Shown one piece after another: positions 27,368 through 37,695 of a stretch of DNA of 64,000 nt. The stretch's first letter is position 1. Each line of letters opens with the position of its first letter. The DNA lies in contig CAZBVQ010000001.1 in NCBI GenBank assembly GCA_964495685.1, positions 105,521 through 169,520 of the forward strand, in the 5' to 3' direction. A model generated the notes under the pieces. That model was given only the letters and a program-made list of their open reading frames with translations. It ran no database searches and was not told where the DNA came from. A program made the translations under genes and the position numbers. The DNA comes from an uncultured Candidatus Saccharibacteria bacterium. GTDB lineage: Bacteria > Patescibacteriota > Minisyncoccia > Phycocordibacterales > PALSA-1337.

Positions 27368-27877
27368 ATGAAAAAACAAATTATTTTTGTACCTGGTTTC
27401 GGCGCGAGTGATCCAAGATACCTAAAGAGGGTACTTGGTTTTCGGTGTAATATATTTATTCCTGATTGGGAAAGGGGAACGTTGAGTGACTATATACGGG
27501 AATACGAAGCTTTTTTGATTAATAACAACTTGAGTGACTTTATTGCCATTGGGTTTTCTTTCGGGGCGCTCATCATTGCCTGTTCCAAAGTCGTTCCTAA
27601 GGAAAGTATTTTAATCGCAATGACACCGCTTTTTGTCGAAGATAAGATCTTTTGGAGTCAGAAATGGATCGATTCAATTGGAATAAAAAGGTTTGCCGAC
27701 CAAGGCATTTTTATTGCCAAATCGAATACGACGTTCCTAGTTGGCGGAAAAGATACGAAAGTTATTCTGCGGACAGTTGGCCGTTTGCGAGGCAATGCGG
27801 CAGTTTTTATGGAGCAATCAGCCGGTCATCTGTTAGAAGATTTTGTTGGGATCATAAAAAAGCTTATCAAAGTATAG
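27368..27877 (+). CDS. small alpha/beta-hydrolase-fold protein
   Basis: GFSFGA nucleophile elbow (GxSxG), about 170 aa, FVPGFGAS N-terminus. Confidence 0.5.
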   Translation: MKKQIIFVPGFGASDPRYLKRVLGFRCNIFIPDWERGTLSDYIREYEAFLINNNLSDFIAIGFSFGALIIACSKVVPKESILIAMTPLFVEDKIFWSQKWIDSIGIKRFADQGIFIAKSNTTFLVGGKDTKVILRTVGRLRGNAAVFMEQSAGHLLEDFVGIIKKLIKV

Positions 27878-27888
27878 GTTTTGTTACC

Positions 27889-27921
27889 TAAAAACAAAAA
27901 CCCGCGCAATTATGCGCGGGC
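27889..27921 (-). terminator. intrinsic terminator downstream of the M16 peptidase gene
   Basis: cccgcgca-atta-tgcgcggg with a U-tract on the minus strand. Confidence 0.6.
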
Positions 27922-27940
27922 GGAATAGGTCCATGGTAGT

Positions 27941-29218
27941 CTATGGTCTGATAATCACAGTGGACAGCTGGTGTGGCTGCATCTGGTCCCGAAACCATTG
28001 TGAGAGGTGGGAGGGAGTAATCGTTCGTAACTCTCGTACCTCCTGCGTGAGCGGTGTAACGCTCCCGATAGACACCCACTCATCGACAGCGTTTTCGAGT
28101 ATCTTGCCGATGGTAGTATCAACAACTTCGCGTCTCCCGAGGCACGTTTGTATGGACTCTTTGATTACGTCTGTGATCGTCGGGTCCTCTTCGGCGAGCT
28201 CACGGATCGTATTATGGATGATCTTTTCGATCAGATCAGCCTTAGTTGGAGGCACATGAAGACATATTGACGTGCGACTATGATCTCGGAAACGGTATAC
28301 ACCAACACTGGGCGTGTACACTGCACCGAGAGCAGATCTTACTCTCACAAATAACAGATTCCACAAAGCCGTCTCTATGATGTCATGCAATGTCGCTTGG
28401 CTCATGTTCGGTGCAATTCGGAACAATGAAATTTCCGTAGTTTTCGGAACATTTTTGCTCGTAAGACCAAAGTATTCCCTCGAGGATATGTCGAGTCGAT
28501 GTTGCTGTGGCCCAGACCGCGACGCAAGTTGTTGCGTTTCTGGTAATGATGTGCCGGTAGGTATTCCGCAGAATACAGTCTCGATGGTTCTCTTCACCTT
28601 CTTATTCTGAATATTTCCTGCCAATGCGAGGCGCACATTGCCGTTATGATAGTTATTCATATGGAATGATCGAAGAGCATCTGGGGTTATGCGTTTCAAC
28701 GAGCTGTGCCAACCAAATGCCCACGTAGATCGTCCGAACGTGTGTGGTCCATATATACGCTTACGCACAGTTTTCTCCAGTTGCTCGTGTCTCGAATTGT
28801 TGAAGCGCGTCCACATCTCTTGGGAAATGACACATCGTTCACGTTCGATCTCGTGGTGGTCAAGATTGGGCGTAAACACCAATGCTCGAAGGAATGCGAG
28901 AGCCTGTTCCAGATGTTCGCAATGAATCTTTCCGTAGTAACTTGTTTTTTCGAAGCTGGTGCTTGCGTTAAGTGTCTCAAAGAACAACTTTCGCCCGATG
29001 CGACGAATATCTTCGAAGTGGGGGTAGCCCTTGCAGCCATTGAAGGGTAGGTGTTCGAAGAAATGTGCCAAACCCTCCTGACCGATAGGATCATGCCGTG
29101 CACCAACGGTAAAGATGAGCTGTACATGTACGAAACTATCGGCCCACGGTATATGTTTCATGATGACGGGAATACCAGAAATGTTCAGATGTTTAAATTG
29201 GTAAGGATCAAATCTCAT
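27941..29218 (-). CDS. M16-family (pitrilysin/insulinase-like) zinc peptidase
   Basis: Inverted zincin motif HFFEHLPFNG (HxxEH). Confidence 0.8.
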   Translation of the reverse strand: MRFDPYQFKHLNISGIPVIMKHIPWADSFVHVQLIFTVGARHDPIGQEGLAHFFEHLPFNGCKGYPHFEDIRRIGRKLFFETLNASTSFEKTSYYGKIHCEHLEQALAFLRALVFTPNLDHHEIERERCVISQEMWTRFNNSRHEQLEKTVRKRIYGPHTFGRSTWAFGWHSSLKRITPDALRSFHMNNYHNGNVRLALAGNIQNKKVKRTIETVFCGIPTGTSLPETQQLASRSGPQQHRLDISSREYFGLTSKNVPKTTEISLFRIAPNMSQATLHDIIETALWNLLFVRVRSALGAVYTPSVGVYRFRDHSRTSICLHVPPTKADLIEKIIHNTIRELAEEDPTITDVIKESIQTCLGRREVVDTTIGKILENAVDEWVSIGSVTPLTQEVRELRTITPSHLSQWFRDQMQPHQLSTVIIRP

Positions 29219-29287
29219 AACGTGCTATCTCCTGGGGTTGTGTTCAATTAATCATTAACACGTTATGTGGACATAGTCAATATTGAG

Positions 29288-29320
29288 ACAAAATCACTTC
29301 CCCCGAAGAAGAAGTGATTT
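29288..29320 (-). terminator. hairpin downstream of nusA
   Basis: aaatcacttc-ccccgaagaag-aagtgattt. Confidence 0.45.
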
Positions 29321-29343
29321 GTTGGCGTTCGTGAGTGTAGGAA

Positions 29344-30522
29344 TTATTCAGCTGACTTTGTCGTGGGGGTCTCTGATTCCTCATCCTCATCACCTTCAGC
29401 GAGTTCTTCGCCGCCAGTTGATTTGATGTCGATCTTCCAGCCAGTAAGCTTGGCAGCGAGGCGGACATTCTGGCCACCTTTACCGATGGCGAGCGACTGC
29501 TCATCTTCGGTGACGGTGACAATAGCGCGATGCGCGGCCTCATCCAGTTCAAGTGAAACGACCTCGGCGGGCGAGAGTGCTTCCTCAATGAATAGGGCAG
29601 GATCCTCATTCCATTCGACAATGTCAATCTTTTCTCCTGACAATTCACTGGTGACAGTCGATACGCGGACACCACGCTGGCCGACCATGGAGCCGATCGG
29701 ATCGATGTGAGCGTCATGTGATATGACGGCGACCTTGGAGCGAGAGCCAGCTTCACGAGCGATAGCCTTGATCTCGACGGTACCCGAAGCGATTTCTGGA
29801 GCCTCAGTCTCGAAGAGTTTGGCCAGGAACTTGGGATGTGAACGAGACAATTTCAAGACGATTCCCTTGGGAGTTTCCTCTACAGCGTAGAGATAGGCAC
29901 GAATGCGGTCGCCAGTCTTCCAGCGCTCACTCGGGATCTGCTCCTCGTAGGGGATAATACCGAGTGCACGGCCCATATTGATGTGGACCATGCCGCGTTC
30001 GACGCGCTCGACGGTACCAGCGACAATTTCGCCTTCTTTGGCACCATATTCACCCATAACTGAGACTTTCTCAGCTTCACGGATCTTCTGGATGATGATC
30101 TGCTTTGCAGTCTGCGCAGCAATGCGACCGAAATCTGCCTTGCTTTCGAGAGGGAAGACGAGCTCATCGCCAATCTCGGCGTTCTTCTTTATCTTCTTGG
30201 CGTCTTCGATGAGCATGTGCTGCTCAGGGTTGAAGCGAATCTTGATATCGTCGACGTTGGCGTCCTTGAGATCGATCTCTTCTTCCTCATCACCTTCCAT
30301 GATGACTTGGTTGCGATCGACGACGACCTTCACCTGCCAAAATTCGACACCACCTGTGTTCTGGTCGAATGAGGCGCGGACAATCTGACCTTTCTTGCCG
30401 TATTCTTTCTTGTAGGCAGTTGCGAGGGACATAGCGATGGCTTCCAAGGTCTTTTCCTTGGGAATACCACGCTCTTCTTCGAGCTGTTGGACGACTGAAT
30501 TGATTACTTTGAGATCAAACAT
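29344..30522 (-). CDS. nusA: transcription termination/antitermination factor NusA
   Basis: N-terminal NusA domain, S1 and two KH domains; MFDLKVINSVVQQLEEERGIP. Confidence 0.95.
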   Translation of the reverse strand: MFDLKVINSVVQQLEEERGIPKEKTLEAIAMSLATAYKKEYGKKGQIVRASFDQNTGGVEFWQVKVVVDRNQVIMEGDEEEEIDLKDANVDDIKIRFNPEQHMLIEDAKKIKKNAEIGDELVFPLESKADFGRIAAQTAKQIIIQKIREAEKVSVMGEYGAKEGEIVAGTVERVERGMVHINMGRALGIIPYEEQIPSERWKTGDRIRAYLYAVEETPKGIVLKLSRSHPKFLAKLFETEAPEIASGTVEIKAIAREAGSRSKVAVISHDAHIDPIGSMVGQRGVRVSTVTSELSGEKIDIVEWNEDPALFIEEALSPAEVVSLELDEAAHRAIVTVTEDEQSLAIGKGGQNVRLAAKLTGWKIDIKSTGGEELAEGDEDEESETPTTKSAE

Positions 30523-30759
30523 ACATTGTATTGTTATTTTCCGCCAGCTGGCGGTTGTTATTAAGTTTTCAGTTTGCCGAGAGGATGTTCGATCCTTTTA
30601 GCAAAGAAGTCCGCCGGTGGGCGAACAACTGATGGGGTAACTATAGCACAATTGATTGTTTGGGGCAAATCGACTCAGCTTCTGTACGGGTCTAGGTTTT
30701 CTGGTAAAGGTTCTTATAAACAATGCCCAGTAAGGCCCTTTTTGCTACAATAGTAGGTA

Positions 30760-32508
30760 ATGCTCATCGAAGACACCCAGCTCTATAAATTCATTCTCGA
30801 TTCAGGCCTCGTTACCAAGGAGGATCTTGAGGCTGCCAAGAAGGAGGCCGACAAGAATGAGAAGCGCCTTGGTGACATTCTCGTCTCCGCAGGCAAAATT
30901 ACCGCTGACAACCTGCGCCGCATGGAGGCGTATGTGCTGGGCATCCCATTCGTTGACCTCAAGGGTAAAAAGATAGACTCAGATACACTCTCACTCATTC
31001 CTGAGCCGATCGCTCGTGGGCACAACATCGTCGCATTCAAGAAATCAGACTCCTCGCTCGAGGTGGCCATGCTCGATGTCAACGACCTTTCAGCTATTGA
31101 TTTCATCAAGAAGAAGGTCAATCTCAAGATCCAGCCACGCCTGACGGATTCGGACTCTCTCAAGGAGGTATTGGTTCAGTATCAAAAGAGCTTGAAGGCA
31201 GAGTTCGGTGATTTGATTCAGAAGGAGACCGCAACGCTGAAGACGATTGCAGAAGACAATGGGGATCCGTCTTCGGAGGCCGATATGAAGAAGCTGGCCG
31301 AAGATCTACCAGTTGTGCGCATCGTCGATACACTGATCAAGCATGCTGCTATCCAGAATGCCTCGGATATTCATATCGAGCCCATGGATAACCAAGTGCT
31401 GGTGCGTTACCGTATTGATGGATTATTGCACGATGCGATGGTATTGCCACGACAGGCTGGCCCATCAGTCTCAGCGCGTATCAAGGTGCTTTCGAATTTG
31501 AAACTCGACGAGAAACGACTACCTCAGGATGGGCGTTTCAAGGTCGACATGAACAATGAGAAGGTCTCATTCCGCGTCTCTATATTGCCGACATATTATG
31601 GCGAGAAGATCGTCATGCGTCTTCTCCGCGAAAGCATTTCTGGCTATACACTCGAGTATCTCAACTTCCACGGGGAAGGGCTGGAACGTATTCACCACGC
31701 ACTGACGCAGACCACGGGCATGATCCTCACCACTGGTCCGACCGGTTCTGGTAAGACGACGACACTCTATACCATGCTCGATCTCCTCAATCAGCCCGAT
31801 GTCAATATTTCTACGATCGAAGACCCTATCGAATATCAGATCGGTCGCATCAACCAGACACAGGTTCGTCCTGAGATTGGATTTACCTTCGCGCAGGGGA
31901 TACGTACACTCGTCCGTCAGGACCCAGATATCATCATGGTCGGTGAAATCCGTGATAATGAGACGGCAGCTCTCGCGGTCAACGCTGCTCTCACTGGTCA
32001 CTTGGTGCTTTCGACGCTCCACACCAATAGTGCAGCTGGCGCTATCCCACGTCTTCTCGATATGGGCGTAGAGTCATTCTTGCTTGTCTCGACTCTCAAT
32101 ATCGTGATTGGCCAGCGTCTGGTTCGTCAACTGACCGAAACCAAAGAGAAGTATGAGTTATCCAAAGCTGAGCTTGCTCAGCTCGAGAAGGTGGTCGACC
32201 TCAATCGTGTACTCGAAGCACTGAAGGCAGACAAAATAGTCAAAGCCTCTGACACGGTCAAGGATTTGACGTTCTGGAAAGCTGTTCCATCTGGTGACAG
32301 TGATGGGTTCAAGGGTCGTGTCGGCATCCATGAGATTCTCAAGATGAATCAGAGTATCAAAGATCTGGTCATGAAGAATGCTACGGCCGCAGAGATAGAG
32401 GTGCAGGCCAAGAAAGAGGGGATGCTCACCATGCTCGAAGACGGTATTTACAAATGTGTCGAGGGCAAAACGACTATCGAGGAAGTGTTGCGTGTGATCA
32501 CTGAATAA
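30760..32508 (+). CDS. pilB: type IV pilus assembly ATPase PilB (GspE family)
   Basis: Walker A GPTGSGKTTTLYTML plus GspE N-terminal domain. Confidence 0.95.
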   Translation: MLIEDTQLYKFILDSGLVTKEDLEAAKKEADKNEKRLGDILVSAGKITADNLRRMEAYVLGIPFVDLKGKKIDSDTLSLIPEPIARGHNIVAFKKSDSSLEVAMLDVNDLSAIDFIKKKVNLKIQPRLTDSDSLKEVLVQYQKSLKAEFGDLIQKETATLKTIAEDNGDPSSEADMKKLAEDLPVVRIVDTLIKHAAIQNASDIHIEPMDNQVLVRYRIDGLLHDAMVLPRQAGPSVSARIKVLSNLKLDEKRLPQDGRFKVDMNNEKVSFRVSILPTYYGEKIVMRLLRESISGYTLEYLNFHGEGLERIHHALTQTTGMILTTGPTGSGKTTTLYTMLDLLNQPDVNISTIEDPIEYQIGRINQTQVRPEIGFTFAQGIRTLVRQDPDIIMVGEIRDNETAALAVNAALTGHLVLSTLHTNSAAGAIPRLLDMGVESFLLVSTLNIVIGQRLVRQLTETKEKYELSKAELAQLEKVVDLNRVLEALKADKIVKASDTVKDLTFWKAVPSGDSDGFKGRVGIHEILKMNQSIKDLVMKNATAAEIEVQAKKEGMLTMLEDGIYKCVEGKTTIEEVLRVITE

Positions 32509-32509
32509 T

Positions 32510-33730
32510 ATGTCTCATTTTATCTTCAAGGCGAAACATCCAGCTGGTGACGTGTATAGTAGCGAGAAAGACGCTACTGATCGGTATGAATTGTACAAAC
32601 TTATCCGTGAAAGTGGTGACGAAGTCGTCGAGATCCGGGAGGTCACTGCATCGAGGGGGTTGCACCGAGACATTTCGTTCGGGGGGTTGTTCAAGCACAT
32701 CAAGACAATCGAAAAAATTAATTTTGCCCGTAACCTCGGATCAATGCTCGAAGCTGGTCTGGCGCTGTCGCGTGCACTGTCTGTCCTCGAGCGTCAGTCG
32801 CACAATAAGGCGTTCAAGAAGGTGCTCTCTGAATTGATATCAGACATCAGCAAAGGATCGACGTTGTCCGATGCGATGACCAAGCATCCCAAAGTTTTCG
32901 CTCAGTTATTCGTTTCGATGGTACGTGCCGGTGAACAGAGCGGTACATTGGCAGAGTCATTCAAAGTGGTTGCGACTCAGATGGACAAGAGCTATACACT
33001 CGAACGCAAGGTCAAAGGAGCATTGATTTATCCAGGTGTTATCCTCTGTGCAATGATCTTGATCGGTATACTGATGTTCGTGTTCGTGGTTCCCACGCTG
33101 ACCAAGACATTCGTCGAGCTGAACGTGGCTCTACCACTCAGTACCCGTGTGGTGCTCGGTATTAGTGACGTGTTCCAGAACTATGGCCTCTTGGTATTGA
33201 TAGCGATCGCCGCTTCGGTGTGGGCGGTCACGTGGTGGTCACGTCGTCCTTCGGGGAAGCAGGTCATTCATGCGCTCGTCTTGAAGCTCCCCATCGTCGG
33301 TGGACTGGTGCAAGAAGTGAACACGGCTCGTACCGCGCGTACATTGTCATCACTTCTCGGTTCTGGCGTTGATGTGGTCGAGTCGGTCACTATCACTGCC
33401 GCGGTCATACAGAATGTTCATTTTCGGCGCGTCCTCGAACAGGCGTGTGGGGCTATCAAGAAAGGAGATCTCATGTCCAAAGTCTTCGCCGAAGCTCGTA
33501 CTCTCTACCCGGTGTTCATCTCCGAGATGATGAGTGTGGGCGAAGAGACGGGCAAGACGGGCGAGATGTTGGCTGGGGTTGCTCACTACTATGAGGATGA
33601 TGTCGAACAGAAGACAAAGGATATGTCGACGGTTATTGAGCCTGTGCTGATGATCGTCATTGCTGCGGGAGTTGGTTTTTTCGCCATTGCCATGATTTCA
33701 CCTATGTATTCGTTGGTAAATGCTATTTAA
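32510..33730 (+). CDS. pilC: type IV pilus platform protein PilC (GspF family)
   Basis: Two GspF repeats, three TM segments, starts 2 nt after pilB. Confidence 0.9.
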   Translation: MSHFIFKAKHPAGDVYSSEKDATDRYELYKLIRESGDEVVEIREVTASRGLHRDISFGGLFKHIKTIEKINFARNLGSMLEAGLALSRALSVLERQSHNKAFKKVLSELISDISKGSTLSDAMTKHPKVFAQLFVSMVRAGEQSGTLAESFKVVATQMDKSYTLERKVKGALIYPGVILCAMILIGILMFVFVVPTLTKTFVELNVALPLSTRVVLGISDVFQNYGLLVLIAIAASVWAVTWWSRRPSGKQVIHALVLKLPIVGGLVQEVNTARTARTLSSLLGSGVDVVESVTITAAVIQNVHFRRVLEQACGAIKKGDLMSKVFAEARTLYPVFISEMMSVGEETGKTGEMLAGVAHYYEDDVEQKTKDMSTVIEPVLMIVIAAGVGFFAIAMISPMYSLVNAI

Positions 33731-33734
33731 GCAT

Positions 33735-35543
33735 ATGAGATTGGAAATGAGAGACTCGAGCTTGAAGGGAATGCGGGCATTCACGCTCGTCGAAGTACTC
33801 GTGGGAGCAGCTGTGTTCCTGGTGGTGGCGATTGCTGCCTACAATGCATACATTGGCCTCTTCCAACTCATCAGTGTGAGCCAGAATAAGATTGTCGCCT
33901 TGAATCTGGCGAACGAACAATTTGAGATTGCCCGTAACATGCCCTATACGGATGTCGGTATCGTCGGAGGTATTCCGAAAGGTAAGCTCGCTCATATCCA
34001 ACAAGTAGTGCGCGGTGGGGTGCAATTCACCGTCACGACGACCGTGCGTAACCTCGATCTGCCTTTCGATGGTACTATCGGGGGATCTCCCAACGATCTG
34101 TCACCAGCTGATAACAAGCTCGTCGATATCACCGTAGCTTGTGATGGGTGCAAAAACTTCCATCCCATCAATCTAACTGGTCAGGTTGCGCCCAAGAATC
34201 TCGAGACGGCCTCAAACAATGGGGCACTGTTCATCAGAGTGTTCGATGCCAATGGTCAAGCGGTCCAAGGTGCTTCGGTCCATGTCGTCAATGTTGCCAC
34301 TACGACGACCATCGTCATCGACGATGTTACTGATGCGAATGGCATGCTCCAACTCGTCGATGTGCCACCAGGCACCAACGCGTACCGAATTGTGGTGACC
34401 AAATCGGGGTATTCAACAGACCGCACCTATTCTCCTAGTGATACGACCAATCCGTCACCACTCAAGCCAGATGCGACGGTATTATTACAACAAGTGACTC
34501 AAGTGAGCTTCGCTATAGATCGTCTGAGTACGGTCACTATCTCGAGTGTCGGGCCGACGTGTGCCGTGGTCCCTGATTTCCAGTTTGCATTGGTGGGGTC
34601 CAAGCTTATCGGCGCTACCACGGCGAAGTTTTCACAAAACATGATCACTGACGGATCAGGTAATCTCACGTTGTCTAATAACGTCGAATGGGATACCTAC
34701 ACAACTATCCCGACGAATACGACGTATGATGTGGCGGGGCTCAATCCGCTCAACCCTGCTACGGTCAACGCTGGGGTATCACAACAGATACAGATCATTG
34801 CGGTGCCGCGACAGTCGCGTAGCATTGTAGTAACTGTCAAAGATAGCGCGACGCAGCTACCTATATCTGGCGCCACGGTGACATTGAGCAAGGTCTCCTA
34901 TACCAGCACCAAGACGACGGGCAAAGGATTCATCAATCAGACAGATTGGTCTGGGGGCTCTGGACAAGCGACGACATCGGATACTACTCGGTATTGGAAT
35001 GATGACGGACATGTCGATGTGTCTGTTCCGGGAATTGTGTCGTTGCGTACGTCATTCGGTGAATATGACCAGGCTGGTACCATAGAATCTTCTACATTCG
35101 ATACGGGCTCAGTGAGTAATTTCTATACACTCACCTGGTCTCCGGTAGATCAGCCTGTTCAGGTGGGCGACAATGCGGTGCGTCTCCAGATCGCCACGGC
35201 GACTACGACTTCTCCAGAAACGTGGAATTTCATCGGTCCCGATGGTACAGCCAGCTCGTACTATACGGTGCCTGATGTGCCCTTGAGTGATGTACATAAT
35301 GGTGATAGGTACCTGCGCTACAAGGTCTATCTCGCGAGCGTCTCGACGAGTACGACACCGACAGTCACTGACGTCGCATTCACGTTCACTTCGTCGTGTA
35401 CTCCTCCAGGACAAGTGTTGTTCGCTGGTCTAGCGAACGGAACGTATCATGTACATGTGGTCAAAGATGGGTATTCAGATTTCGATTATGACATCGCCAC
35501 AGATGCCAGCTGGCAGGAAGTACAGGCAGTCATGACGCAGTAA
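33735..35543 (+). CDS. very large prepilin-type (class III signal) protein, pilin/pseudopilin-like
   Basis: KGMRAFTLVEVLVGAAVF prepilin cleavage/methylation motif and hydrophobic helix; about 600 aa with beta-rich, carboxypeptidase-regulatory-like segments (VHVVNVATTTTIVIDDVTDANGML, HVHVVKDGYSDFDYDI). Confidence 0.7.
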   Translation: MRLEMRDSSLKGMRAFTLVEVLVGAAVFLVVAIAAYNAYIGLFQLISVSQNKIVALNLANEQFEIARNMPYTDVGIVGGIPKGKLAHIQQVVRGGVQFTVTTTVRNLDLPFDGTIGGSPNDLSPADNKLVDITVACDGCKNFHPINLTGQVAPKNLETASNNGALFIRVFDANGQAVQGASVHVVNVATTTTIVIDDVTDANGMLQLVDVPPGTNAYRIVVTKSGYSTDRTYSPSDTTNPSPLKPDATVLLQQVTQVSFAIDRLSTVTISSVGPTCAVVPDFQFALVGSKLIGATTAKFSQNMITDGSGNLTLSNNVEWDTYTTIPTNTTYDVAGLNPLNPATVNAGVSQQIQIIAVPRQSRSIVVTVKDSATQLPISGATVTLSKVSYTSTKTTGKGFINQTDWSGGSGQATTSDTTRYWNDDGHVDVSVPGIVSLRTSFGEYDQAGTIESSTFDTGSVSNFYTLTWSPVDQPVQVGDNAVRLQIATATTTSPETWNFIGPDGTASSYYTVPDVPLSDVHNGDRYLRYKVYLASVSTSTTPTVTDVAFTFTSSCTPPGQVLFAGLANGTYHVHVVKDGYSDFDYDIATDASWQEVQAVMTQ

Positions 35544-35567
35544 GGTATCTGATGCTACAATATATAC

Positions 35568-36179
35568 ATGAGAGCTTTTACGCTCGTTGAAGTTATTACG
35601 ACAGTTGCCATATTCTCGGTCATCATGATCGCGGTTTCTGCGTTTGAGTACAACGTTCTTGATTACAATCGATCGGGGAGCACTTCGCTGACCAATCTGG
35701 AAGAGATCCAGTCTCTCCTCAAGACGATGACACGCGAATTGCGCTCGATGGAACCCGGTGATGACGGTGCCTATCCAATAATCGCTGCAGCGACGTCGAG
35801 TGTCACTTTCTTCGCCAATGTCGACGGTGATACGTCCAAAGAGAAAGTGAGATATTATATTGGCACAACGACGACGACACGTACGACCGTATTCCGTGGC
35901 GTGATCGACCCCAGTGGTGTGCCTGCTACATACAATCCGTCTTCAGAACGGATCAAGACGCTTGTCACGGGTGTGCGCAATGCGACGAATACGCCGATGT
36001 TCACCTATTATGATGGTATGTACGCAGGGACTTCGTCACCGATGACGTATCCATTGACACTCACGTCGATCCGTATGGTCGGGGTGACCATGACCGTGGA
36101 TACTGATCCTCTCCGTAGTCCAGTGACCAAGACATTCACGTCCCAAGCATCGCTCCGTAACCTCAAAGACAATTTATGA
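35568..36179 (+). CDS. prepilin-type N-terminal domain protein (pseudopilin)
   Basis: MRAFTLVEVITTVAIFSVIMIAV. Confidence 0.75.
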   Translation: MRAFTLVEVITTVAIFSVIMIAVSAFEYNVLDYNRSGSTSLTNLEEIQSLLKTMTRELRSMEPGDDGAYPIIAAATSSVTFFANVDGDTSKEKVRYYIGTTTTTRTTVFRGVIDPSGVPATYNPSSERIKTLVTGVRNATNTPMFTYYDGMYAGTSSPMTYPLTLTSIRMVGVTMTVDTDPLRSPVTKTFTSQASLRNLKDNL

Positions 36180-37660
36180 TAAGTATATATCGACATACGA
36201 TGCGTCATAGAATAGTGGTCCGCGGCGTTATTCTGGTCAATGTGCTTGTGTTTGCGGCTATTGCAGCGACGGTGACTATGGCGCTCGTCAGTTGGGGTGG
36301 GGGAGTCCTCAAGACGACCAGTATGCTCGGTTCGCGGGAACAGGCATTCCAACTTGCTGAAGCAGGTGTGGAATATTATCGCTGGCATCTTGCACATGCG
36401 TCGACCGATTATCAGGACGGGACAGGTCATGCTGGTCCGTACGTCCATACGGTCACTGATGTCGATGGAGATATCATCGGCAGTTATTCATTGACGATAA
36501 CACCTCCGCCGATAGGTTCTACCATCGTCAAGGTGCGCTCGGTGGGTACGGCATCATCGACGCCGCCAGTATCACGTACGATTCAAGCAACATTGGCGAT
36601 ACCGTCTCTTGCGAAATACGCCGTAGTCGCAAACCAAAACATGCGTTTCGGTGCAGGTACCGAAGTTTTCGGACCTGTGCATTCGAATGCGGGAGTTCGA
36701 TTCGATGGAGTGAGTCACAATATCATCACCAGCTCTTTGTCGACGTATGATGATCCTGATGACAGTTCGAGCCAACAGCGATTCGCAGTATATACCACGG
36801 TCTCACCGCAAGATCCCAACCCACCGGCGGCTGTACCCAATCGTCCTGACGTGTTCATGGCCGGCCGTCAATTTCCTGTCCAATCATATGACTTCAACGG
36901 GCTGACAGTCGATCTGTCGCAGATGAAAGCAGATGCCCAAGAGGCGGGAGTATATATACCCGCTTCAGGATCGCAGGGATATCATATCGTCCTCAAATCC
37001 AACGACACATTCGATCTGTACAAGGTCACGTCGCTCCAGAGTCCACCGTCATCGTGCTCGAATGTCAATAATCAGAGCGATTGGGGCACATGGAGTGTGC
37101 GCACACAGGTCCATCCTGTCTCTGGGGTCAACAATTCTCCTCAGAACTATCCATTCCCTACGAACGGAGTGATATTCGTCGAGGATCATGTCTGGGTGGA
37201 TGGTGTCGTCGACGGGGCGCGATTGACTATAGCTGCCGGCAAGTTTCCTGATAATGTGTCGACACGCAAGGACATCATGGTAAATGACGATGTGATATAT
37301 ACTCATTATGACGGTACTGATGTGATATCACTCGTCGCCCAGCGGAATGTGTCGACAGGACTGTTCAGTCAGAATGATCTACGGATCGATGCGGCTCTAG
37401 TGGCACAGAATGGCCGAGTGGGGCGCTACTATTATGAAGTAGACTGTCGTTCAAGTGGGACCAATTATTACACTCGTGATGTTATTACGTTGTATGGCAT
37501 GATTGCCACCAACCAACGTTATGGCTTCGCCTATACTGATGGTACCGGCTATGATACACGCAACATTATTTATGATAGCAACCTACTCTACGGTCCTCCG
37601 CCGTCATTCCCGCTGACATCGAGTCAGTACCAGACCATTTCGTGGCAAGAAGTACAATAA
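36176..37660 (+). CDS. pilus-associated membrane-anchored protein (PilX-like minor pilin?)
   Basis: N-terminal TM helix VILVNVLVFAAIAATVTMALV; co-oriented and overlapping the pseudopilin gene by 4 nt. Confidence 0.45.
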   Translation: MISIYRHTMRHRIVVRGVILVNVLVFAAIAATVTMALVSWGGGVLKTTSMLGSREQAFQLAEAGVEYYRWHLAHASTDYQDGTGHAGPYVHTVTDVDGDIIGSYSLTITPPPIGSTIVKVRSVGTASSTPPVSRTIQATLAIPSLAKYAVVANQNMRFGAGTEVFGPVHSNAGVRFDGVSHNIITSSLSTYDDPDDSSSQQRFAVYTTVSPQDPNPPAAVPNRPDVFMAGRQFPVQSYDFNGLTVDLSQMKADAQEAGVYIPASGSQGYHIVLKSNDTFDLYKVTSLQSPPSSCSNVNNQSDWGTWSVRTQVHPVSGVNNSPQNYPFPTNGVIFVEDHVWVDGVVDGARLTIAAGKFPDNVSTRKDIMVNDDVIYTHYDGTDVISLVAQRNVSTGLFSQNDLRIDAALVAQNGRVGRYYYEVDCRSSGTNYYTRDVITLYGMIATNQRYGFAYTDGTGYDTRNIIYDSNLLYGPPPSFPLTSSQYQTISWQEVQ

Positions 37661-37695
37661 CTGCGCGCGAGCTCTACTTTTGATACAATAGGGCC

